A DNA stretch of 64,000 bases, taken from assembly GCA_023205875.1 (NCBI GenBank), contig CP060757.1, positions 744,001 to 808,000 on the forward strand, given 5' to 3'. The first letter of the stretch is position 1. Each line of letters begins with the position of its first letter. Both the position numbers and the translations under genes were made by a program. The notes below the pieces were generated by a model. That model ran no database searches. It was given only the letters and a program-made list of their open reading frames with translations, and was not told where the DNA came from. The stretch is from Chloropicon primus (taxonomy: Eukaryota). Of the stretch, positions 9,654 to 18,217 are shown one piece after another.

Positions 9654-11150
9654 ATGACTCGTTACGCCGCCTTGTCGAGCCTTCGGGTGTTGCTCTGCCT
9701 GGTGTGTCTCTGGTCCCCTCGCGCGGTGGAGGGGTTCGACTGGAGGTTCGAGGGCAGGGGGGAGCGCATCGTGCGGTCCCTTGGGGCGAACAACAACAAG
9801 GCCGCCAAGGAGATCAGTGGGGTGGTGGCCAGCAGGACGCAGACGGCGAGGGGGGGGAACGGGACGGCGGGCGGGGTGCTTTGGTCGCACAACGACAGCG
9901 GGAGCGGCCCGTACCTTTTCGCGCTCAACGCCTCCACTGGGGAGCACATCGCGTGGTTCGAGCTCGAGGGGGACAACATCCCGAACTCGGATTGGGAGGA
10001 CATCGCCATCGGGCCGGGCCCCGTGTTCGGCCAGGACTACATCTACATCGGGGACGTGGGGGACGCGGGGGGGCACTCCAACGGGAACAAGATCATCAGG
10101 TTTCCCGAGCCGAAGCTGCCGTACTACTACGGCGGGAACGCCGCCGTGGTCCGCGCCGCGGGCCGTGCCGGCGACGGCGGCGGCGAGGCCCCGGCCCAGT
10201 CCTTCGACCCCTGGGAGCTGATCCCCATCACGGACTTCGAGGTCATCCACTTCAAGTACCCGTCCGGGAAGACGCACAACTGCGAGGCCCTGACCATCGA
10301 CCCGATCACGGGGGACATCTTCGTTGCCGCCAAGCACTCCAACCGCCTGGACGTGTACGTCCTGCACTACAAGGACCTCAAGACGAAGGGCGTCAACGAG
10401 CTCAAGCTCCACTACAGCAGCTGCAACGACTATGGGCGCACGGGCACGGAGGAGTGCGAGCACTGCAAGGGCTGCGTGGACAGCCGGGCGGACTACAACA
10501 CTCTGGTGGCGGCCGACATCTCCCCGTCCGGGTACGGCCTGATCATGTCCGACTACAAACAGGTCTTCTACTGGAAGAGGGAGTTCCTCAACGAGAGCTT
10601 CTTCGAGTACGAGGCCGTCCAGCTCCCTTACATGAACCGCCACGGCACGGAGGAGGCCTTGGCGTGGTCCTGGGACTCGAAAGGGTATTTTGTTGTCCCG
10701 GAAGGCAGCTTCCCAGAGTTGAGGTATTACCCCTACTATGGCGACGTGTGGTGGTCGAAGCTCAGGGACTACGAAGGGTCGTGCTACGCGTTCATCCACC
10801 CGCCGACCTCCTCCATCCCCAGAATCAGGTCAAACTTGGCCGGGAAGGGCGCGCCCTTGGGCTCGGAGGCCGGGAGGGGCCCCGTGTCCTCTTGCATCTC
10901 CGTCCCCTGCTCGGAGGTGTCCGACCAAAAGCAACGGGTGGCCGCAAGCATGGTCTCCTTCTTCGAGGGAAAGGAGCAGTGCGAGACTTGGAAGAAGTTT
11001 TACAACAGAATGACGAGGCACGGCGTGGACTGGCTGAAGGACCACAACAAGATCGACTTTGTCAACGTTGACGTCCACGAAGAGTTTGATTTCATCCACG
11101 AAGACATGGTTGATCTGATCGAGGACCACCTCGACGGGATCGAAGGCTGA
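9654..11150 (+). CDS. Secreted protein resembling a bacterial beta-propeller-like family (function unknown)
   Basis: Signal peptide; motifs EISGVVAS, LWSHNDSG, DWEDIA, YIGDVGD, NCEAL, ADISP, EEALAW; no introns. Confidence 0.7.
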   Translation: MTRYAALSSLRVLLCLVCLWSPRAVEGFDWRFEGRGERIVRSLGANNNKAAKEISGVVASRTQTARGGNGTAGGVLWSHNDSGSGPYLFALNASTGEHIAWFELEGDNIPNSDWEDIAIGPGPVFGQDYIYIGDVGDAGGHSNGNKIIRFPEPKLPYYYGGNAAVVRAAGRAGDGGGEAPAQSFDPWELIPITDFEVIHFKYPSGKTHNCEALTIDPITGDIFVAAKHSNRLDVYVLHYKDLKTKGVNELKLHYSSCNDYGRTGTEECEHCKGCVDSRADYNTLVAADISPSGYGLIMSDYKQVFYWKREFLNESFFEYEAVQLPYMNRHGTEEALAWSWDSKGYFVVPEGSFPELRYYPYYGDVWWSKLRDYEGSCYAFIHPPTSSIPRIRSNLAGKGAPLGSEAGRGPVSSCISVPCSEVSDQKQRVAASMVSFFEGKEQCETWKKFYNRMTRHGVDWLKDHNKIDFVNVDVHEEFDFIHEDMVDLIEDHLDGIEG

Positions 11151-11423
11151 CATGTCATGCATGTGATCCCCGAAAGCTACTTTCCGATTTTAATACAAGA
11201 CTTACCCTTAAGTGGGATTCTTTCCTCTCCCAATCTCTTCGCAGGACTAGAAGCAGGAGGAGGCCAAGACCGGAGAGCCGACGGAGCGGAGCGCGGGGTT
11301 GGAAGGCGAAGACGAAGGCACGATGACTCGAGATCCTGGTTCGACGGCGGTTAGGGCAGGGTCGCACTAATCATCGCGAGTGTTGTTGGTGTCGAGGCCA
11401 CCACGTGGTGGGAAGATCGAGCG

Positions 11424-12803
11424 ATGAGGAAGTCCTCGACCAAGCGAAAGGGTTCGAAATCCAGGCTCTTTGTCACGATGCTGTGCGCGTTGGCCACGGT
11501 TCTCATCATCGCGCCCCCCACTCCGATGGAGCTGCACATGCAAAACCGCGTCATCTACATCTCCAACAAGCAGTCGAGCCAACTGACTCCCCCGGACGCA
11601 GCGGGTCAAGTTGTCCCGGCAGCAGCAGACTCTGCTGCTGCGATGAGCGACGAAGTTGGGAAGGGAGCGGGAAGCGATCAGCTGCCGAGCAGCGACGGGG
11701 GGGACGCCGACGAGGACAAGGAGGATGCCGAGCCCGGGGCCGCGAGCGGCTACAAGAGGTGTCCCCGGACTATGGCGCCAGTGAGGCCAACGCTGGAGGG
11801 GTTGAGTTTGGACTTCAGGGTTGGCAGGCACGGGTTTAACATCAGCGACAGCTTTATCCACAAAGGGAACTACGAGCAGCTTTTGCGGGGTGACTACACT
11901 CTCCACCGCCACACCATACCCATGCTCCCCAAGTCATACGAAGACATCGCTGCCAACTACAAGTTCAACAGCTGCGCCGTCGTGGGGAGCAGTGGCTATA
12001 TGAAGCTGGCGCAGTTCGGAGCTGCGATAGACACGCACGACGTCGTGGTGCGGCTCAACCAATCGCCCACAAAGGCCTTCGCCAAGTGGGTCGGCACGAA
12101 AACGACGATGAGGATGCTGAACAGTTTGTGGAGCAACCACTACGGTGCCGGGAGATACGAGCCCATGGCCCTGCCGCTCGAAAACGATGTGACTCTCATC
12201 GTGTCAAGGACGACGGGGCATGCTTTTGACAAGATCGTGAAAACAATGAAGCAGAAGCGGCCGGACGTGAAGGTTCTCCAACTGAGCTCAAGGGTTGTCT
12301 CGGCAGCCAGGCGACTCCTGGTCCGATACAGGGTCAAGCTGTGCAAGGATGGTTACGGACCGTACAGCGGAGGAAGCACTCCCTCGTCTGGCTTCGTCGC
12401 CGTTTACTTCTTGCGCACAATCTGCAAGCGCGTGACCCTGTACGGTCTGGGAACTGTGAACATTCCCGATGTACCATATCACTATTTCACTGGGGTGGGA
12501 AGCAGGCAGAAGGGTAACTCGGTGCACTCGTTTGATTCCGAAAGTGCTACGCTCGATGCTCTCGCGTTCGAGGACAAGATCGAGCAGTGCAAGTACCGGA
12601 CGAGGGACATCGTTCCTCACGGAAACCAAATCCTGTCGAACTTGAGGACGAACTTCACACTCCTCCAGGATCACAGATACAACAACAGGTTCTGCGGCTG
12701 GAATTTGTGCAACCGGAGGGGGTACAAGAAGCTGGGAGAAATGGTAGGCGTGGCGAGAGAAATCAATTACGCCGATTGCAGGAAGATCATGTACAATGAA
12801 TAG
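11424..12803 (+). CDS. GT29 sialyltransferase-like glycosyltransferase (type II membrane), copy 1
   Basis: N-terminal TM; sialylmotif L (CAVVGSSG..IDTHDVVVRLN), S (PSSGFVAV..C.RVTLYG), III (YHYF), VS (HSFDSE). Confidence 0.9.
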   Translation: MRKSSTKRKGSKSRLFVTMLCALATVLIIAPPTPMELHMQNRVIYISNKQSSQLTPPDAAGQVVPAAADSAAAMSDEVGKGAGSDQLPSSDGGDADEDKEDAEPGAASGYKRCPRTMAPVRPTLEGLSLDFRVGRHGFNISDSFIHKGNYEQLLRGDYTLHRHTIPMLPKSYEDIAANYKFNSCAVVGSSGYMKLAQFGAAIDTHDVVVRLNQSPTKAFAKWVGTKTTMRMLNSLWSNHYGAGRYEPMALPLENDVTLIVSRTTGHAFDKIVKTMKQKRPDVKVLQLSSRVVSAARRLLVRYRVKLCKDGYGPYSGGSTPSSGFVAVYFLRTICKRVTLYGLGTVNIPDVPYHYFTGVGSRQKGNSVHSFDSESATLDALAFEDKIEQCKYRTRDIVPHGNQILSNLRTNFTLLQDHRYNNRFCGWNLCNRRGYKKLGEMVGVAREINYADCRKIMYNE

Positions 12804-14526
12804 GCCAAGAAGCCTTCGCCCCCCTCCACTGTATTATACTTTGAACCATCCCCATGTGCCCATGTCCCGAAATCAATCCCCCTCCGATCCCTCTCCACAA
12901 AACTGCCTCCATTCCACGAATGAACCGCAGGGAGAAGAAGGAGAAGAGGAGGAAGCAGCAGCAGGCCAAGTCTCGAAGCAGCCTTGGTCCAATGGGCACA
13001 ACATGAATCTAAATGGGGACAGGAGACCTTTGTCCGTGAAACTGTTTGTGCTTTGCGTGATACTCGTGGCGTTCACCGTTCTACTGGCTCCTTTCAGGCC
13101 TTCTTCACCAAAGCCAAAGGTGCTGGCTGGCTTGGATGCCACAGTGAAAGAGCGAGTGGAGGAGGTGCAGATCGAGGGAGTTGGCGCCAGCAGCCTGCAG
13201 GGTGGCGATGCCTTGAAGTTAGCAGAGACGGTTGAGCTCCAAGACGAGGATCTTGCGGAGGATGAAGAGGAGCAGCAAGAGGAGCAGCAGGAAATCAAGG
13301 CGATTAACAAGTGGGAAGACTGCTCGGACGTGAAGGCAGATGCGAGACCGACGCTTGAGGGCATCCCCTTGTTCTTCACGGACGAGAATGACAATCTCAA
13401 TTACGACGACGTCTTTATCCACAAGAAAAACTACAAGCGGTTTTGGGCTCGGGGCAGTTACGTCGTCGACAACGACACCATCGCCACGCTGCCGAGCTCG
13501 CACGAAGAGATAATTGGGTATCACAAGTTCAACAGCTGTGCAGTCGTTGGAAACAGCGGTTACCTCAGGTTTACTGAGTTCGGTGATGCCATCGACACGC
13601 ATGACGTCGTCTTGCGTCTGAATCAGGCACCCACAAAGAAGTTTTCGAAGTGGGTGGGCACCAAGACATCCATACGGCTTATCAATAACCTTTGGAGCAT
13701 CAGGTACGGCTCGGAACGGGACTTTGGCAAGATCCCCTTGGAGAAGAACCTGACCCTGGTCGTGTCCAGGACACGGGGTTTTGTTTTTGACAACATCGTC
13801 AAATTCTTGGGCGAGAAGCGGCCTGACGTCAAGGTGGTTCGGCTGAACTCAAGGATGGTCTCAGCCTCGAGGAGACTGCTTGTGGCGTACAGAGTCAAGA
13901 TGTGCAAGGATGGCTACAAGTACGAGGGAGGAATTTCGCCGACTTCTGGATTCGTTGGCACGTACATTCTTCGCATGCTCTGCAAGCGGGTGACCTTGTA
14001 TGGTCTTGGAATGGTCAAGTCCAGGGCGGTGCCGTACCATTACATGACGGGAACGATCGGAGCGAGGACGGCGCCCACGTCAGTACACTCCTTCCCGGCT
14101 GAAAGCGCTACGCTGGATGCTCTTGCATTCGAGAACAAGATCGAGCAGTGCAAGTATCGCGAAAAGGCTTACATTGCCCGCCCAGGCGAAAGCGTATCAA
14201 ACTTGAGGAGCAACTTTACGGTCTTAAACTACGCCGCCCACAACAATCATTACTGTGGGTGGAACGTGTGTCACCACAGACGCTACTGGCGGTTCTGGCG
14301 CAGGGTCATTAAGGAAAGCTTGCCTTTTGGAGGGAAAGACGTGCCTTACAAGGACTGTTGGAGGGTAATGTTTTCGGACATCGATGTGCCACCCGGAAAG
14401 GCTGAGAAGGCCCAGGAGGAGGAGAAGCAGGCCCAGGAGGAGGAGGAGCAGGCGCTTGAGGAGGAGGAGACGCAGCAAGCGCTGGAGGCGCTGAAGGAGG
14501 AGGAGGAGGAGGAGGAGGAGGTATAG
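12796..14526 (+). CDS. GT29 sialyltransferase-like glycosyltransferase, copy 2 (true start may be ATG 13003)
   Basis: TM; CAVVGNSG..IDTHDVVLRLN, PTSGFVG..C.RVTLYG, YHY, HSFPAE; colinear paralog of the upstream gene; Glu-rich tail. Confidence 0.88.
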   Translation: MNRPRSLRPPPLYYTLNHPHVPMSRNQSPSDPSPQNCLHSTNEPQGEEGEEEEAAAGQVSKQPWSNGHNMNLNGDRRPLSVKLFVLCVILVAFTVLLAPFRPSSPKPKVLAGLDATVKERVEEVQIEGVGASSLQGGDALKLAETVELQDEDLAEDEEEQQEEQQEIKAINKWEDCSDVKADARPTLEGIPLFFTDENDNLNYDDVFIHKKNYKRFWARGSYVVDNDTIATLPSSHEEIIGYHKFNSCAVVGNSGYLRFTEFGDAIDTHDVVLRLNQAPTKKFSKWVGTKTSIRLINNLWSIRYGSERDFGKIPLEKNLTLVVSRTRGFVFDNIVKFLGEKRPDVKVVRLNSRMVSASRRLLVAYRVKMCKDGYKYEGGISPTSGFVGTYILRMLCKRVTLYGLGMVKSRAVPYHYMTGTIGARTAPTSVHSFPAESATLDALAFENKIEQCKYREKAYIARPGESVSNLRSNFTVLNYAAHNNHYCGWNVCHHRRYWRFWRRVIKESLPFGGKDVPYKDCWRVMFSDIDVPPGKAEKAQEEEKQAQEEEEQALEEEETQQALEALKEEEEEEEEV

Positions 14527-14616
14527 ACAAGGAGCAGACCTGGTTCGTGCATGCACATTGACGAGCCTGCCGGCAGGGGTGTATGATATTTTACAACGTA
14601 CAAGAAAGAAACCGAG

Positions 14617-15075
14617 TCACTCGTCCAGGCAGGGCCTGAACACTTCATAAGAGTGCTCCGAGTGCGGATTGGAAGGTCCTCTTATTTGCCTTTGTTCATA
14701 AGAGTACTCGACAACTTCGTAGTCCTCGACGTCGCGAGGGTGGAACTCCTCCTCGTCGCCTACCGTCCACCAGTCCTCGTCCCCTTCTTCCTGCTCCTTC
14801 GGCGGCACGAGCAAGCTCGCTCTCACGACTCCAGTCTCCTCGTCCACCCCATCCACACGCAACACCTTTACCTTCGCCTCTTCCTCACTCCGCACCACCA
14901 CCACATCCCACTCGTTGATGGATGGTGAGGCCCTGGTGGTGCACACCTTGCGACGAGGAGGGGAGGCGCGCCGCGAAGACTTCGTGGTGCCTGGTCTCCA
15001 AGCACACAACGACGACGCGACAGATACCCCGCGCCACGTCGTCCGTCGCCTCCAGAGGACCGCCCTGTCCATCAT
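14617..15075 (-). CDS. Hypothetical protein with an organelle-transit-like N-terminus
   Basis: ATGATG at 15075; Arg/Ser-rich leader, then an acidic domain ending ..YEQRQIRGPSNPHSEHSYEVF.. Confidence 0.55.
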   Translation of the reverse strand: MMDRAVLWRRRTTWRGVSVASSLCAWRPGTTKSSRRASPPRRKVCTTRASPSINEWDVVVVRSEEEAKVKVLRVDGVDEETGVVRASLLVPPKEQEEGDEDWWTVGDEEEFHPRDVEDYEVVEYSYEQRQIRGPSNPHSEHSYEVFRPCLDE

Positions 15076-15139
15076 CTCTCCTCTCCGCCGGACGGGGTCA
15101 GAAGAAGAAGATCTCTGAGATCTCAAATACAAGAGAGAG

Positions 15140-16024
15140 ATGGCGAGTGCGGAGGAAGTGGGCGTGGAGCCACCGCCGCTGGTGAATTCTCTCGGGGTGT
15201 TGAAGGGCATCGAGGCTGAGGAGGGGAAAGTGAAGCTTGCCCAAGGGGGGTTCACGGGTCCTTCGGATGCGGAGGACGCGACGTGTGCCGATTGGGCGAG
15301 GCGGGAGATCAAGGGCGCCAGGGGATCGGCGCTATCGACAAAAACGATCTTCAGCCACTGCTTTGTGGTCCCCTGGTCAAGCGTAGGGTTCCGTAGCCTC
15401 TACGGCATCCTCATGGTCTTCCTGGCCATCGTGGTCCAGGTCGCGGTCCCACTCATCATCCTAGTGACGCGCCAGCCGGTCAAGGACCTCAGCAGCGCGT
15501 GCCCGAACCAGTCCAGCTACCAGACCAAGATCGTTGGGTTCACTCTGAGCTTGTACTTTGTTGTCCAAACCATATCGCTTTGCGTCAACAAGCTGCGAGG
15601 CCTCGGGTTTTTGCACGAGTTTGTGGATCTGGGCTTTGCGAGGTCCCTCTTCATCAAGCTCGCCGTTCTCTCTCAATTTGCCGGGATGGCGGCAGCGGGC
15701 GGGGCCCAGTTCCTCCTCTTCGTCGGCAATGCCAACGGCGCCTTCGTGGTTCTGGTTCTCCAGTCACTGGCGATGACCTTCTGCCTGACCGTCGACCAGA
15801 ACGTGGTCGGCCACCAGATCGGGTCGTGGACCCAACACCGTCTATCCTCGATCACCAAGGACGAGATGCTCAACAACGGCATCGGCATTGGGAGGGAGGG
15901 AGAGAGCATCCCAAAGTCTTCCTTCGACAAAATCAAGCTTTTGGTCTTCTCCGAAAAGCTCGTGCTTCTAACGGTTGTCGCGACGGGGACGGGGTGGATC
16001 ATCGGCGTCACATACTGTATGTGA
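15140..16024 (+). CDS. Hypothetical multi-pass membrane protein
   Basis: 294-aa ORF with about 5 hydrophobic segments and host codon usage. Confidence 0.7.
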   Translation: MASAEEVGVEPPPLVNSLGVLKGIEAEEGKVKLAQGGFTGPSDAEDATCADWARREIKGARGSALSTKTIFSHCFVVPWSSVGFRSLYGILMVFLAIVVQVAVPLIILVTRQPVKDLSSACPNQSSYQTKIVGFTLSLYFVVQTISLCVNKLRGLGFLHEFVDLGFARSLFIKLAVLSQFAGMAAAGGAQFLLFVGNANGAFVVLVLQSLAMTFCLTVDQNVVGHQIGSWTQHRLSSITKDEMLNNGIGIGREGESIPKSSFDKIKLLVFSEKLVLLTVVATGTGWIIGVTYCM

Positions 16025-16147
16025 ACTCTTTTGTTTTGTATCCAATTTTGTTTTGTATCCAATAGAAGACAGTCGAAAACACGCTACTCCTCCTCTCTAT
16101 CAGTTAAAACACAAAATTATCGGTCTCTAGTTTTATGCCCTTGTCCC

Positions 16148-17716
16148 TTACCACCGGGTGAGGTCCCTGCCCATGAACTGGGTGGTCGCCCAGTTCAAAA
16201 CGACGTAGATCTTGTTCTGGATGTTCCCGAGCTTCGTCAAGTACACCCCACGCCACGTCAACCAACTGAGGAAGCCCGAGAAGCTGAGCTGAGGGGTTCC
16301 GGATCCCCCACCGAGGTCTGTCACAGCGCTTCCAGTTGTCATGGCACTCATCGTGCCCAAGTGGGTGTACCTGAAAGGCTGAGGCTCAGCGTCTTCTGCC
16401 TCCTTCTCTGCGTTCACGTCATTCACGTAGCTCGAGAGCCACTTGCCCTGCTGCTCCGCCACCTGCGCGGTGCAGGGAAGGGGGTTGAGGTTGTTACACG
16501 CGCAGTCCCCCATCGCAAAGACGTTCTCCACGGGGTTGCCCTCGAGGTCCTCCACGTTCAGGAAGTCGTCCACCGCGAGGCGGCCGTCCTTACTCTTCCC
16601 AAAGGGAAGCGAGGTGATGAAGGGGGTGGGGCCGACTCCAGTGGACCACACGAGCAGGCCGTGCTCAATCTCCGACCCGTCGGAGAGAACCACGGTGGTC
16701 TCCTTGACCTCCTTGACCTGGGCCTTCACGATCTCCACGCCTGACTTGGAGAGGATCCGAGCGGCGTACAGCCTGAGGTCGGGGTTGAACATTCCCAAGA
16801 TGTCCCGCGCCTCGATCAGGGTGATGCGCACGGAGCAGCTGACTTGGGGCACCAGCCTCGACAAGTCCTCCTTCACCAAGTTCGAGAGCTCCCCCGCGAA
16901 CTCGACTCCGGTGGGCCCGCCGCCAACGATCACGAAATTCAGGAGCCTCCTCCTCTCGGACTCTTTGATGGTCGGGATCTGGCTCCTCGCTATGTTCTTC
17001 ACGAGCTTGTCCCTGATGGCGCTCGCGTCCTTCACGTCCCTCAGGGGAAGGGCGTATTCCTCCACCCCGGGAATGCCGAAGGTGCTCCCCTGGGCCCCCG
17101 TCGCGATCGCGAGCTTGTCGTACTCCACCTCGAACTCCTTGCCGTCCGCCTGGCAGATCACGACCTGCCTCTCCGGGTCGACCTCCTTGGCCTTGGCGGT
17201 GAAGAAGTTGTTCGGTTGCATGCCCAGGGCGGGCTGCAGGGTCCTGATGTTGACGGCCACCGACCTGAAGTCCAGGGTGCCCACCGTCGTCGACGCGAGG
17301 AGCGGGGTGAACACCATGTGGTTCCTGGGGGAAACCACCGTCAGGTCGTAAGTTGCCATATCGAGTTCCTTGGCCAGGCGGGCCGCGGCCCAGCCCGTGC
17401 CGAGGACCACGACGCGCTGCTTCTTCGCGGGCCTCGTCGCGAAACTCAGTCTGAATTGCTTCGCGGCCGTCTTCACGGGCTCAAGCGCGCCCACCTTGCC
17501 CACCTTCTCGAGCGTGTCCGCCACGCCCAACGCCTCGACGCTTCGCTTGCCCTCCCCGCTTCCGCCATCCCGAGGCACGCTCGCGCCAGCCCTGGTCAGC
17601 GCCCTCGAGGACAGCGGCCAAGACGTCGACGACGACGATCGACCGGCCTTCCTCCCCGCGGCCACGCTGCTCTGCCACACCCCCAAGCTTCCTCTGCTCG
17701 TCCTCGCCTGCAACAT
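16148..17716 (-). CDS. Type II (alternative) NAD(P)H:quinone dehydrogenase, NDA-like
   Basis: VVVLGTGWA, SPRNHMVFTPLL, FVIVGGGPTGVEFAGEL, TAQVAEQQG, C-terminal GRDLTR; transit-like leader. Confidence 0.92.
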   Translation of the reverse strand: MLQARTSRGSLGVWQSSVAAGRKAGRSSSSTSWPLSSRALTRAGASVPRDGGSGEGKRSVEALGVADTLEKVGKVGALEPVKTAAKQFRLSFATRPAKKQRVVVLGTGWAAARLAKELDMATYDLTVVSPRNHMVFTPLLASTTVGTLDFRSVAVNIRTLQPALGMQPNNFFTAKAKEVDPERQVVICQADGKEFEVEYDKLAIATGAQGSTFGIPGVEEYALPLRDVKDASAIRDKLVKNIARSQIPTIKESERRRLLNFVIVGGGPTGVEFAGELSNLVKEDLSRLVPQVSCSVRITLIEARDILGMFNPDLRLYAARILSKSGVEIVKAQVKEVKETTVVLSDGSEIEHGLLVWSTGVGPTPFITSLPFGKSKDGRLAVDDFLNVEDLEGNPVENVFAMGDCACNNLNPLPCTAQVAEQQGKWLSSYVNDVNAEKEAEDAEPQPFRYTHLGTMSAMTTGSAVTDLGGGSGTPQLSFSGFLSWLTWRGVYLTKLGNIQNKIYVVLNWATTQFMGRDLTRW

Positions 17717-18217
17717 CGTCCCCACGACAACAAAACACAAAACAAAGCGATCCAACCCTTCACACCTTCCCGACCGTCACAACCGCGTCGACCGCCGACC
17801 TCGATCCAAACCTTGCCCGAACCTTGTGTCTGTCGACCTTCCTCTCGAAAACCGTCTCTCTCTCTCTCTCTCTCCTGACGGTTGGCGTGCAGGTCTGGCA
17901 CCCGCACGTGATACACTTCTGTCCGTCCAATTTTGTTTCAGTAGAAGACGTTCATCCAGTCCAGGGAGGAAGAAAGGGGGCGGACTCTGCGAACTCGGGT
18001 TTGTTTGGGTGTTGTCGGAGGGACGGGGACCGTAGGACCTTAGAGAGAAGGAAGGGAAGGACCTCTTGTTCTTCTCGTGGTGGTGGTGGTGGTGCTCTTC
18101 CTCTTCTTCTTCTTCGACGCGTGCCTTGTTGTTTCGAGAGGGCCTCGACGGCCGCGGTGGGGAGGATCGGATAGGAGAGATTGAGGAGTTTGAGGGGTTG
18201 TTGGTTGTTGGGTTGTG

